The translations under genes were made by a program, and so were the position numbers. Under the pieces are notes generated by a model that was given only the letters and a program-made list of their open reading frames with translations, did no database searches and was not told where the DNA came from. Below, piece after piece: positions 1-14,002 of a DNA stretch of 64,000 nucleotides (the stretch's first letter is position 1; each line of letters opens with the position of its first letter). This DNA is from Hyaloraphidium curvatum SAG 235-1 (Eukaryota; Fungi; Monoblepharomycota), in the NCBI GenBank assembly GCA_025558095.1, contig JAIVFI010000010.1, positions 372,001-436,000 on the forward strand, given 5' to 3'.

Positions 1-114
1 GCGCCGAGGCGGTGGTTCCGCTGGACTGATGCAGTCCTTGGCACCGTTGCAGGGTGCGCCCTCCTGGTGCGTCCTTGAAGCCGCCGAAGCGCCGCAGTCC
101 GTCGTTTCGGACTC

Positions 115-2083
115 ATGCATTTACTGACCGCCTTTCATGTGCATTTGCAGTGGTCGGCGGGGGGGTTGGCGCTCGGGGGACCTCGGGGAACCGTCATGGT
201 TTCATCACCTTTGCCGGAGCAACAGGGCGCGGGGCTGAGTACCGCCATGAATATGTCGACGTCGTCGGAGCATGAGAGCCTGTATCGCCGCGCGCAGCCG
301 GACTTTGGCTACCTCAGCTCGGTCTTTTCGCTGTATGCGCAGGACCCGATGGGCGGACCCAGCGTCTACGACATCGATACGGCCCCGGGATCCATCATGC
401 GTCGGCCCATCCCGTACCTGTCGGGGGAGATGCCGCTGAACTTCGGCCCGCTCAACAACACCATGCGGCTGACGCGGACGAGGGTGTCGAAGGTTACCAG
501 GACGAGGGTGTCCAAGCTGCCGTTCGGGACGACTGCAGCGCCCATCACGACCACGACCATCACGGCGCCGCCGACGACGACGACGGTTTCTGACATTCGA
601 TGCGGGGCCGTGGTTTCCAACTCTTGCCCGGAAGGACTCTGCTGCTCCGTCTATGGTTGGTGCGGCTTTTCAGACGCCCAGTGAGTTCCACCCACGCTGC
701 GATAGCCATTTGCTCACGATTGGCGCCCCAGCTGCCTGAGCGGGTGCCAGCCTGATTGGGGTCGCTGCAACAAGGTCCCCGCGGTTCCAACAGCCACGCA
801 GACGATAACGATCCCTGCGCCTACGCAAACGGCGCCGACGGGCGGTGTTCCAACCCCAGGCACAATCGCCTACTTTCCCAATTGGGGACCGAGCATTACG
901 AACTACGACATCGCTGGTGTGAATGTGATCAACTACGCATTCGTGACTATGCGGGCGGATGGTTCGCTCAGCTGGGGCGGCGACTACGCCAGCGGAGGGA
1001 TGATGTATCAGCTCAACAGCGTCTACAAGGCCCGCTACCCTGGCCTGCGGACCGTCTTTTCGATCGGCGGCTGGACGGACTCGCAGTGGTTCTCGCTCGT
1101 GGGTAGCGACGCAGGCCGCCGCAACCGCTTCGCAGACAGCATCTACCAGTTCACCCTCAACAACCAGTTTGACGGCGTGGACCTGGACTGGGGTGCGTTC
1201 CAAGCGACCAGGTGCCTACTTCGCCTCTGACTGGTGTCTTTACAGAGTACCCATCTGGCGGCGGCCAACCTGGCAACACGCAGTCTCCTGACGATGCGCG
1301 CAACTTCGTGCTGATGGTTCAAGAGATCCGCAACCGTCTCGGACCGAACCGACTCATCACAATCGCCGCTTCTACCGACTTGGGCAAGTACGGCAACTAC
1401 CTCCTGCCGCTTGCGAACTTGCTCGACTGGATAAACATCGTGAGTCTGTTCGCGATTGCCGGAGCCGCTACCCTAATCACTCCGGTCCAGATGAGTTATG
1501 ATATGGCAGGGCCGTGGAGCGGATCAGCGGGCTACAACGCTCCTCTGTTCCGGGAACCTGGAACCGGAGACTCGCAGTCGGATGCGATCAATCGCTTTGC
1601 AGCAGCAGGGGTGCCCCGTGCGAAGCTCACCATGGGCATGGCCTTCTACGGCCGGGGCTTCCGCGTCGCGAGCGGGGCCAACAATGGTCTCTACCAGAGG
1701 CAGATTGGAGCTCCGACGGGGGACGGCACGGACGATCCCGGAGTCTGGACCTGGAGGGGCCTGCGATCGTCGATACTCGCCAACGGACCGTTCAGCACAA
1801 CCGGCGACTGGAGGAGGATCTACCGCGATCAGGTTCAGACGCCGACGCTGTTCTCTCCCTCCCGCAACGTCTTCATTGGCTACGATGATCCCCAATCCAC
1901 GTGCGTCAAGGCCCTTTGGGCGAAAAACAACGGCTTTGGAGGAGGTGGGTTTCAATCGCCCACCCGCGCTTTCTCCGCCTGATCCCGTGCACAGTGATGG
2001 TCTGGGACATGTCCATGGATCGCGATCGGGAGCTGACGCAGCCCATGACGGACGTTTGGATGGGTCGCCGCACGTCTTGTTGA
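115..2083 (+). CDS. GH18 chitinase with Thr-rich linker and CBM18 (hevein-like) chitin-binding domain; spliced, 5' end uncertain and possibly outside the window
   Basis: CBM18 reads CGAVVSNSCPEGLCCSVYGWCG..|CLSGCQPDWGRC. GH18 motifs are INYAF, SIGGW, FDGVDLDW|EYP (catalytic DxDxE joined across an intron at ~1193-1246), MSYD, MAFYGR and a final exon MVWDMSMD ending TGA at 2083. Confidence 0.92.
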
Positions 2084-2298
2084 CAGGTCGACGACTGCGA
2101 GCTTCACGTATAGGTATCAGGTAACTTGCTGATAGCTTTGTCATGAAGAATATAGCACTGCACTGCGAACAAGGGGCTGCGAGTTGCACTCCATTAAGAA
2201 GCTTCGGCGGGGCGTTCCTCTTGCTGTCCACCCCAGCCACAACCGCCAGCGAGACAACGTCTTTCGCGTTCTCCCGCGCTCCCACACTCCCCGGGACT

Positions 2299-5200
2299 AT
2301 GGCGCCCGCGAATGAATATCGCGGCGCCTTTTGGGACGTCGCAGGATCCCGTTGGCGGGATTCATGGGCTCCCACACTCAAAGATGGCCGCGAGGGACGC
2401 CTCGTTTCTCCTCGGAAACATCGGGGTCTTTCTCTCGCGTTGCTGGCGTCCTTCGCCGTCTTCGTTCTTCTGGGACTCTCCTTTGGCGTTCTACATGCCG
2501 ATGCGTCCGTAATGGCCATCGATTACGGCGCGCAGTGGTTCAAAGTGTCGCTGGTGAAGCCGGGAGTGCCCCTCGAGATTGTGCTCAACCGCGAGTCGAA
2601 GCGGAAGACGAGGTCCATTGTGGCTCTAAGGGACAACAAACGATCGTTTGACACGGAGGCGGTCAATCTGGTGGGTAGCATGAGAGGCTGATTTGGCTCG
2701 GCTCACGGCGTCGCCGGATCTCCGTCGTGTGAACGAAACAGGCCGGACGGTTCCCGAAAGTGGCCTACGATGGACTGAAGAACCTGCTTGGGAAGCTTTA
2801 CGAGGATCCGGAATGTGAAGCGTACCGGTCGACGTTTGACAACAACATGGTCAAGGACCCTGTGCGCGGCACCGTGGATTTCGAGCAGCCTGACGGAACC
2901 CTGCTGTCGGTGGAAGAGCTGGTGGCCATGCAATTCAAACATGCCAAGGAGCTGGCCGAGACAATGGCCGGCGATGTGGTCAGGGACTGCGTTATCACTG
3001 TGGGTGGGGAGTGACTTGTCGAGCCCACTCACCTAACCACTCCTTGTGTCGGAAGGTTCCGCGCTTCTACAACCAGTTCGAGCGTCAAGCGCTGCTGGAT
3101 GCTGCGGAATTGGCTGGCCTGCGGATCCTTGCGCTGCTCCACGACGACTTTGCCGTCGCCTTGAACTTTGCCATGACCCGCAACTTCAACGAAACCGCGC
3201 CGGAATACCATATTTTCTACGACATGGGCGCGGGTTCCACTGCTGCCAGCCTGGTGTCGTTCCAGAACGTCCCTGCGGACCCGCGCCTGCCGAAGAAGAC
3301 AATTCCCCAGCTCGAAGTCAAGAGCGTCGGTTTTGACCGGACGCTCGGCGGCCATGAGTTCGACCTGCGGTTGCAGAAGCTACTGGCGACGACGTTCGAC
3401 AAGGACAAGTCCCAGTCTTCGGGCAAAGTGTTCAAGAACCAGCGTGCTATGGTGAAGCTGTTGAACCAAGCGACAAAGGTCAAGGAGATCTTGAGTGCAA
3501 ACACCGAGATTGGCGTCTCGATCGAAAGCCTCATGGACGACATCGATTTCCGCACGAAAGTGACGCGGCAGGAGTTTGAGGAGATGTGCCAGGACCTCAT
3601 CGACAGGGTCGTCGGGCCCGTTAGGACCGTCATCGACAAGGCGGGCCTCACACTTGTAAGCTCCTGCTTTCACGTGGTGCCTGCCGTTCCTGACTGCGGT
3701 TCCGCCGTCGCAGGACAAGATCTCGTCCGTCATCCTCGTCGGCGGGTCGACCCGCATCCCTGCCGTCCAGGCGGCCTTGAGGGACTACATCGGGGAGGAC
3801 AAGATCGCAAAGAACGTCAACAGCGATGAGGCGGCCGTTCTGGGTGCCGGCTTCCGGGGTGCCGGCATCTCGCGGCAGTTCAAGGTCCGCGAGATCAGGG
3901 TCAAGGACATCAACGTGTTCCCCGTTGAGGTGTCTTACCAAGCGGAGCCGAAGGAGGAGAAGGAGGCGCGCACGATACGCACACTGCTGTTCAACGAAGG
4001 CGCGGTGCTGCCCAGCCGCAAGCTCATGACGTTCCGGCGGGCGACGGACTTCTCGTTCGAACTGGGGTATCGCATCGAGGACGGCAAGGAAGCGCAGGGG
4101 CCCACCAAGTTCATCGGCGTGGAAGTGCCCGGATTGGCCGATGCCATCGCGACCTTCAAGGCGAACGAGTCTATCGTCGTGGTCGGTGATCCGAAGGTCA
4201 AGGCCACGATCGCGCTTTCCGAGTCCGGCTTGGTCAATGTCGTCGACCTTGCGGTCTACTTCGACACGGAAGTGCCCAAGGAGCAGAAGAGCCTGAAGGA
4301 CAGGGTCATGTCCTTCTTTGGCGGCAAGGGCGATAACGCGACGGCGGCAAATGCAACCGAGGGTGAACCAGCACCCGATGGCACGGGTCCCGGGCCCCTC
4401 ACCGAGGAGAAGGGAGAGTCTGCCAACGAGACCGCCCCCGAACCTGCGAGCAAAAAAGCCGAAATCAAGACCGAGAAGGTGGAGCTCAACATGAGCGTCG
4501 CGGCGATCGGCGTCAAGCCCATGGACCAAGTTACCAAGACGAAAGCACTAGCCCGGTGCGTTGTTCCGTAGCATTCGCTTGCCTGGTTGGCTGACTTGGC
4601 ATCCACGGTTACGTAGGCTCCTTGCGATGGACGCGGAAGATCGTGCCCGCTTTGCCCTTGCCGAGGCCCGCAACCAGCTTGAAGCCTTCGTCTATGCGGC
4701 TCGGGAGTTCCTGACGCACTCGGAGACGGAGGAGGTGTCCACGGAGGAGGAGCGCGAGAAGCTGAGTGCCAAGCTGTCGGAGGCGTCCGAGTGGTTGTAC
4801 GGAGACGGTGAGCACGCGGAGCTGGCGGCAGTCAAGGGACAACTGAGGGGTCTGGAGGATCTGAAAGGCCCGATTGAGCTGCGCCGAAAGGAGCGCAAAT
4901 CCAGGCCGGAAGCGGCGAAAGCTCTGCGGACCGTGCTGGACGCTGCGAAGCTCTGGGTCGACAAGACTAAGGAGGCGATGTTGGAGGCCGAGGAGAAGGC
5001 AAAGAAGGCAGAAGCTGAGGCTGCAACTGCAGCTGCGGCTTCCGAAGCGAGCGAGCCTGCGGCAACTCCGCCGGCGGCGGATGAGGCCGCACCGGATGCC
5101 AACGCGACGGTGGCCGCCAACGCCACGGATGCCAAGCCGAGCCCGAAGCCGTACCTGCCTCTACACACCCAGGAGGAGCTTTCATCGCTCCTTGAACTGG

Positions 5201-5514
5201 CGGGCAAACACCTTGCATGGCTGAACAGCAAGGAGACTGAGCAGGAGAAGGCTGGGGACAAGGTGGCACCAGTGCTTCTCACTCGGGACATCGAGGAGCG
5301 GACCGAGGCTGTCCAGTGCGAGCTGACAAAACTCATTCGCCGGAAGAAGCCGCCGAAACCGGTGACGGCAAAGGCTGCGACGCCGACGGCAAGCGCGAAG
5401 GCTTCTGCTAGCTCATCCGCCGAGACCGTTAGCCCGGCAGCGGAAGCTGAGCCGTCGGCGACGCCGGCTGCTGAGCAAAAGGACGAGGCTGACAAGCCGA
5501 AGGACGAGCTTTAG
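2299..5514 (+). CDS. LHS1: ER Hsp70-family nucleotide exchange factor Lhs1/HYOU1 (GRP170), spliced
   Basis: Hydrophobic signal segment, then MAIDYG..KVSLVKPGVPLEIVLNRESKRKT, FYDMGAGST, VGGSTRIP, NSDEAAVLGA, EARNQLEAFVY and a C-terminal KDEL. Confidence 0.93.
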
Positions 5515-5625
5515 ACGAAAAAGGCTGCCAACAAGGCGCCGCGGAAGAAGAATAGACAGGGAGAATTGCAGATCCAGAATCCGATTCATCAAATGTACAG
5601 CCCGTCCGACAATTGCGGTCCGAGA

Positions 5626-6671
<1,046 letters not shown>

Positions 6672-6817
6672 CTAAGCGGAAATTGAAGGGTACATCACAG
6701 CTTGATCACAGCACTCCAGCTCTAACTGGACCTCAACTGGCCACGCAACGGAAGCTTCTCGCTTCGCCTGTGTGCCCTCGTTGTGGTCTGTAGGACAGAA
6801 AGGTCCACCTCGATCCC

Positions 6818-8051
6818 ATGGACGGACAGGACTGGCCGCCGCAAGGCCCGCCCGGCATGAAGCGCGTGCATGCGCGGACAGACAATGGCTCGCTCGCCAA
6901 CGGCACCGAGTCGACCGAGCACGACCCGTATGCCGAGGAGATGGCGCGGCACAAAGGCCACGAGAGCACGCACTCCACGATGGCCCTCATCCTGTTGCTT
7001 AGCCTCCTCTTCTCCCAATACCTCATCCTCTTCTGGAAGTCGAGGCACCCTCGCTCCTTCAACGCGCTGTCGACGCTCGGGATGTGGATCATCCCGCCCG
7101 TCTTTGCTTTGTATTCTGGCTCGTGGCGGTTTTTGACGATTTGGGCCCTGTTCGGCCTGGTGAACGCGGGCGTGATCTGGAAGGCGTCGGAGAAGCCGCT
7201 GAACGCCGTTACGCCACGGCTGGTGTACAAATGGTACGCCACGGCGTACTCGGTCACCTACGGCCTCGGTTGGTCGTTCCCATTGCCGCCGCCCGGGCCT
7301 TGCTGACGTGGAGGCCATCGACTCATTCGGGATCCGGCACAATTCCCTCGCCTTCTCGTTGCAGGCGCTATTGGCTACGTGCTCATGTTCGTCGTGCTCT
7401 TTGGAGCCCTTCCCGCGTCTCTCTTCGAGCACGCAATCACCCTCTTCTTCTACGGCGTCTACTTTGGCGTACTCTCGCGCGATCTGGTCGATCGGCTGTC
7501 GGAACGCAGTGGGTTGCCGCCAACCGCCTGTCAAAGTCTTTCGCGTTGATCTTCGTCGGTTCCAGTGGCCGCCACCATGGGTTACTATACCGAGGAGGGC
7601 ATGCCGACCAAGTTCCTCCGGAGCGGGTGGTGCTCCATTTGCGGCTCCGACTCGCAAACATTCCCAGACGATAAGATGCACACGCTTGTATGCGGCCACG
7701 GTGTGTGCTCGAGGCGGGCCCCCCTTGTGTGCAGGAGTTGCTCATTCGCGGTTGCCGCTGGGGCGCAGCTTTCCACGAAAAGTGCATTCGCGGCTGGGTC
7801 ATTGTTGGCAAGAAAGCGATCTGTCCATACTGCCGCGAACGAGTCGATACATCAGCTTTTCAAACCAACGTATGGGACGCGCAGCAGGTTCTCTACTTGA
7901 GTCTGCTCGACTTTGTTCGGTGTAAGTGTGGCTTTGCTCTGACCCGAAACCGATCCGTGCTGACGTTTACATCTCTGAAGATCTTGTGGTCTGGCAGCCC
8001 GTCATCTTTGCTGCGGTGCAGGTGATTTTCTGGCTCTTCAGACTCGACTAG
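6818..8051 (+). CDS. RNF121: RING-finger membrane E3 ligase RNF121/RNF175-like, spliced
   Basis: HKGHESTHSTMALIL, several TM segments, FYGVYFGVLSRD, MGYY..GMP, and a RING CSICG..LVCGH|FHEKCIRGWVIVGKKAICPYCRE. Confidence 0.88.
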
Positions 8052-8296
8052 TCGATCAGGATACCTTCACGTGTAGAACGGCACAGACTTATACCCCTCT
8101 TTCGCAGTAGTTTGCGTGGTCCCAAGCATTTAGTCCCGTGCCTGCAGCGAATCGGGCTCTCCTGTGCACGTAAAAAAGGCCATGTCGAGGTGATGAGTCG
8201 CACCGCTCGTCCCCCCGGCAAGCTCCTCCTGCCATCGCGCCATCGAACTTTTCGATGCCGTGAGGTCCTTGAGCTTTAGCTGATCAGCTCCTACCG

Positions 8297-11200
8297 ATGC
8301 CCCCACCTTCGCCGGGGGGTGCCGCGGGCAGCGACGACGTCGTGCTGCCCACTGCCAAGGACGATGTCCTTGCAGTGCGGCTCGGCGACTGCCCGCCTCT
8401 CGACAGGGCAGAGGTCGCCGCCGCAGAGGCTGCTATGCGCCGGCTGGTCCGAAATGAGCTGCCCGACAGGGGCCTAGACTTCGACGCGTTCAAGCATTCC
8501 TTCGCAGGTGGGCGGCGCCTCTTCTCGTCGCCACCGTCTTAGCGCCATTCTCACGCCCGGTCAGAGCTTTACGGCATCGTGCTCGGCATGTTCTTTGCCC
8601 TGGGTATCGCCACCCGGGCACCGCAGCTCGAGGTGCTGTTGGCGTTCCTCCGGGATGTCGCGCTCGACTACCGGCCCAATCCGTACCACTCCTGGTACCA
8701 TGCCGTCGACGTGACCTACATGGTGGGTGCCGTGTAACGTCGCCGACTTGCGGACCCGGATCAACGCTGCGTGCCACCCAGGTCTTCCACTCCCTAACCG
8801 AGTTCGGCGTCGGCGTCTACCTTTCTCGGGCGGAAATGTGCGCCCTCCTGCTCTCCGCCGTTGCTCACGACGTTCTGCACCCCGGGAAGAACAATCTCTT
8901 CCAGATCAACGCGGGAGCCGAGGTCGCAAAGCGCTACAACGGCATCTCCGTCCTGGAGAACCAGAGCATCGACCACAGCTTCGCGCTGATGCGCAAGCAC
9001 GACCTGCTGGCAGTGCTTACACTGGACGAGGTGCCGGAGCTCGACGGCACCTTGATGGGAGTGTCTCCGAACATGGACGGCGACCGGCACTCGGAAGCCA
9101 GCGATGGCGAGTCGGACAGCGGCCTTTGGATGGGCTCCCATCCGGCGCCGACGCGACCTGGGGCACAGGGGACAACCGGCGGATCGGGCCAGCCCGCTTC
9201 GGGAGCGGTCGTGGCGCCCCTCTACATGGGGGGATTGGGGAATCCGCCGGATCGGATCAAGAGGGTCGCGTCGGACTCTCCAAAGCCGCCGGGCGCTGCA
9301 GAGTCGCCACGGCCCACTTCGCGCCGGGCGTCGCTTGCTTCCGTGGGATCATCGCGTGGAGGCTCCTTCCGTCGGCCCCGGACGCCTAGGGACAGGCAAA
9401 TGGAGCTAGGCCAACTGGTCGAGGAGCTCTTTGTCTCGGCCATCCTTTACACGGACATGAAATCGCACTTCCAATTGCAAGACAAGCTGGAGAAGATCAT
9501 CGAGCAGGCCGATGCGGACGAGGACGCTCCTGACGATGACGCGGCGAACGAGGAGATCTCACCTTTCGTTGCGGCCGCCATTCGGAGGCGCATATCGGTC
9601 TCAGCCGCAACCTCCCAAAACTCCTCGAGCGTCGACGTCGTTCATGATGCTTCTTCAGCGCCTGCCGAGGACGATGCCAGCGTCCACTCCAACGGTTCTG
9701 TCCCTCGTTCCGAACCATCGCGCACCTCCTCCCGGGCCTCATCGACATCTGTGCCACAAGCATCCATCCGGAGAAAGTCTGTGCTTGTCGCTCATGCCGA
9801 CGACGATAATCCTTCCTTGGACGACGTTGCCGAGAAGGCCGCTGTCGACCGGGTCCCGACGCCACTGCAGGGCTCGGGCTACACGATGCGCAGACGGAGC
9901 ATTCTCGTACAGCACGCGGACGATAATGACCCTCATGGCGATGACGACGACGGCCCCGGAGATCATTCGAGCTCCGGCAGGGGCGGGGGTTCGGAGGCCG
10001 GCAGTCGGTCCGAGACCGGGAGCCGGGCCGAGTCTGGCATTCGTTTCGGGACTCACCACACGTTGGAAGACGAGCGCGAGCGCGGTCGGACGCACACGGC
10101 GGACGAAGGCGACGATGCGCCCGAGCCACACGGCTTCATGGGGGTCCCTCCCATGCACGGGGGACCGCGAAGACCGTCTGTGCAGTTCTCGGACATTGAC
10201 GAGATCGTCAGGGTCAACTCGGACGCGCCAGTAGAGGTCATTTCCGTGCAAGCTCGGACCGCTGAGATCAAGTTTCTTCAGAGCAGGAGGAGGAAGAGCA
10301 TGGAGTTTGAGCAGAGGAAGCTCCTGACGAACGCCATCCTTCACGCCGCGGACATCAGCAATGCTGCGAGACCGTGAGTTTCTCCTGCTTCCCTGTTCTG
10401 GGAGCTCATCTCGTGCCACCTTGCCAGATGGACGCTGTGCAAAAAGTGGTCTGACTTCGTCGTTCAGGAGTTTTTCCAACAAGGCGACGCGGAGCGGGAG
10501 CTCGGGCTCACGATTTCACCAAACATGGATCGCTACACGGCAGATCAGTACTCGATTTCCATCGGCTTCATCGATTTCCTCTGCAAGCCATTCTACGAGG
10601 TCCTCGCTGACCTGCTACCTGGCATGGCTCCGCTTGTGGAGAACCTTCACGCGAACCGGAACCGTTGGGCCGAACTGCAGGCCAAGGAGAAGGAGGAGAA
10701 GGAGCGTTTGGAGAAGGAGAACGCCGACAGGGAAAGCATCACGAGCCCGAGCTCGGCGCTCTCGGTGCCCATGTTGTCGCGCACGACCACTTCGGGAGGC
10801 GAAGAGGTCCTGCTCTCTCCTGGCGTGAGCGAGCAGGTCCCGAACGTGCTGAAGGATGCAGCACCGCTGAAGGTCGCCATACCGGTCCCACCGCCGGCGC
10901 GCAAACCGGAAGCTGTGATGTCTCCTGGAGCATCGAATCGGTCAAGTCTTGACAGCACGGTATCGGAGCCGATAAAGCAGTCGTCGGGCGAGGACGACAG
11001 GGGGCACAACCGCAGGTTCTCGGCAGCTGCGGGAACGATCGAACTGCCGGACCAGGCCTGGTTCGCTTCGCACCAGCACCGCCCGCACACGCACGGTCGC
11101 GGGCTTTCGGCTCTGCACAGCTTCTCACAGTTCTTGACGTGGAAGCGTCTTCATTCGGGTGCTAGCACGCCTAACCTCGTTGGATTGGTGACGCCTGCGA

Positions 11201-11592
11201 TCGAAGGATCCCTGGATGGATCGCGTCGAAAGCTCGCTACCGTTGCGCCTCTTGCAAGCGCTGCAGCAGACGAGGACGTGCTTCAGGCGCTTGGCTGGGA
11301 CGATTTTCAGGCGGGCGAAGAGGCCCGCGAAATCGTACAGGCCACCAGCCCGCCGCTGTCGCCTCGGCGACGTAGCGGTCCGAACCTTGCCGGGCTTGCG
11401 ATGACGATTCGAAATCCCAAAACCGGCGCGCCGGAGGACAGGATCCACGGCGTGGCAATCAACCGGAGGCTTTCTGGGGCGCCGCCGCGTTCCGTCTCCG
11501 TGGACGTTTACCGGTCCTCAGCCAAGGCGGAAGAGGACAAGAAGGCGAAGCAACCTCCAGAGGGCCGAGTAGAAGGGCCCGCGGGCAACTAA
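8297..11592 (+). CDS. Class I 3',5'-cyclic nucleotide phosphodiesterase with large disordered insertions; start may lie upstream (~8193)
   Basis: PYHSWYHAVDVT, HDVLHPGKNN, YNGISVLEN, ILYTDM, LHAADISNAARP, EFFQQGDAE and IGFIDF. Confidence 0.9.
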
Positions 11593-11623
11593 AGCTTATA
11601 GACTGTGTACCTGATTGATTGAT

Positions 11624-13804
11624 TCACAGGAAGTGATCGAGACCCCAGAGACGAGCCTTCCCTTTGACGTCGCCCACAGCCAACCATTCGCCTCGGCGGC
11701 CACCGAAGGCCGCGGACTGCACGTAGCCGAGCGGCGTGCCTTGCGTCGGCCAGTTCTTGTACACGGTCTGGCTATCCGTGTTTGCCAAACGCAAAGCGTC
11801 CCGCTTGTGATTGGAGGCAAGGAGAAGCAAGGAGGCAGTTGGGTGGAAGTGCAGCAGGCTTATCTGGGTTGTCAAATTGCGCAATGTGCGGGACGGAGTC
11901 GGGGCAGAAGACGGCGCCATGGATGCAAGTGTAGGGAGGGAGTAGACGTTCACGAGGCCGGCGTCGTTCCTGCAATTGCCAATGCATTGTGTGAGCAATG
12001 AGCCATAGCTTCGGCGCGCGCCGAATGAAACTTACCCGGTGACGACCCACGACCCGTCTGGGCTGATCTGGACACACCCGCCTGCGCTGCCCTGTCCGCT
12101 CCAATCTTTCCAACGACCGGTGCACTTGCGCATACCGAGGTCCCAAGAATACAGCTCGCCCTCGCCGCTCAAGCCAAACACATGCTTCCCGTCCGGCGAA
12201 TAGCAGGCATCCCTGACATCCCCCGAAAGCTGGAGCGAAAACAGCGGCCTTTTTGTCGCCGTCGAGAGAAGGTGAACGTGGCCCGACCGTCCCGGAACGG
12301 CGATCGTCTTGCCGTCAGCAGCAACGCGGAACTGCTCCATGCTATGGAGGCCCAGATCCTTCGGCAGCTGCAGCCTGTCCACTGTGCCACTTTCGACATC
12401 AAAAGCGTACCAGAATGGTCTCCGACCGCCGACAAACACTTCGCGTCCGTCCGCCGACCATGCCCCGCGGCGGATTGGTAGGTCGCGGAACGAGACAGTT
12501 TGAAGGGACGGATTCGAAGTGCCGTTGATTGAGAAGATGCGCAGCGTCCTATCCAGCGACGTCGTGAGCAACGCGGCGCTGGAAGGATGGAACGACAGCG
12601 TGGTTATCGCAGCCTGCAACAAGACAAAATGAGACAGGCTCGCTCTGATGTCGTCTGACCATACCTCGCTCACGCCCATCCAGTTTGCGTCGCGCATCCG
12701 ACGGACCCCAATTGTTCCGCTGGGGATCGGGGCCAGCCTGTTTCTCCCCGAGAGGACGGCGCCTGTCCGTCGGAAAACGCCTTCGATGCCTTCCTCGTCG
12801 CTGCCCTCTTCGCCATCGTTATCCACGTCCGAGTCCACGTCCCGGATGCTGCGAGACTTGCGCTTCACGCCAATAAGCTCCGCCCTTTCGCTCTTGGTCA
12901 TGGCCCATTCCGGCTTGGGCCCGTGTGTCTTTTCAAACTGATTCCGCAGCCGCCTTTCATACTCATCCATGGGCACAGATTCCTCCTCGGGATTCTCCCG
13001 CAGCTTTCGAACACGGTTCGGTGCCGTCAGTCCAATGGCCACGGGAGCTGCGTCCTCCGTCTCGGGATCGGTCCACGCAGGCTTGCGCGTCGCCTGCGCG
13101 ACCTTCGAAGACGTCGGGTCCATTCTGCCGGCTGACTCCATGGACGACTCGTCGTCGGTGCCCGAAGACTCGGACGCGTCGCCGGCGTCTCTTCTCCGGT
13201 CTCCTTCCGAGTCCTGACTTTGTTCTTCGTCTCCCGAATCCTCATGACCAGCAGACTCCCCGTCCTCAGCTTCTTCCTCATCGTCCTGTTCCCCGTCTCC
13301 AAAGCGAACGTGGCCGGAAGCTCTGATGTCGACCTTTTCCTTCTCGTTTCCTTTGCGGTCGATGACGAAGCCGAACGAGCTCGGGAGCTCCTCGGGAGAC
13401 TCATCGTCGTCGGACCACTCCTCTGGTGTCGAGCGCTTCGATGCCTTCAGGGACGATGCCCGTCTGTCGATGGTGAAACCGAGTCCAAACTCGTCGAGAT
13501 CCGCTCCAGTCAGCCTGGATCCCTCTTGGCCGAGGCCGACGCCGAGAGAATCGCCACCGAAAAGCTCCAGCTCCAGCTCAAGTTCCTCGGCATCCTTTTC
13601 GTGGATTTCCACGGTCTCTGCGAGGATAGCCTCCGCAAGGTCGGGGATGTTGAGCGGAGGCCTCTCCGCCCGTCGCCGCTTCGACTCCCGGTCCTGGATC
13701 CCACGCGATTCCTCCTGCTGTGACTGCGTCGCTACGCCCCGTCTTTTGACGGACGGCTTCGGAGCCAGGCGCTCCGCGATGGGCTTAGGGACGTTCGGAG
13801 CCAT
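11624..13804 (-). CDS. UTP18: U3 snoRNA-associated WD40 protein Utp18, spliced
   Basis: KPAWTDPE, RVRKLRE..EYERRLRNQFEK..PKPEWA, RRMRDAN, WD repeats, and a C-terminal TVYKNWPT..TPLG..WLAVGD..GKARLW. Confidence 0.92.
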
Positions 13805-14002
13805 TGGATGTTGGTTTATTTGGACTCGACGGCCAGTCGCCGATGTGTGCATCACCCCCGTTTCGCGGAAATCCTGGCCACGAACAGCTTGCTTAGCTGG
13901 CAAACCAGAAACGCATCGCAATATCTGCCTTTGGAACTACTCCAGAGATCACCCGAACAAACCATTACAACGATCCCCGCCATCTGAATCACTACTACCA
14001 GA

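Noticed and set aside
8190-8283. Possible C/D snoRNA (GTGATGA..CTGA)
   Set aside because: The CTGA is better explained as an intron branch point (gctgatcag) in the phosphodiesterase 5' region, and there is no clear terminal stem or recognised guide.
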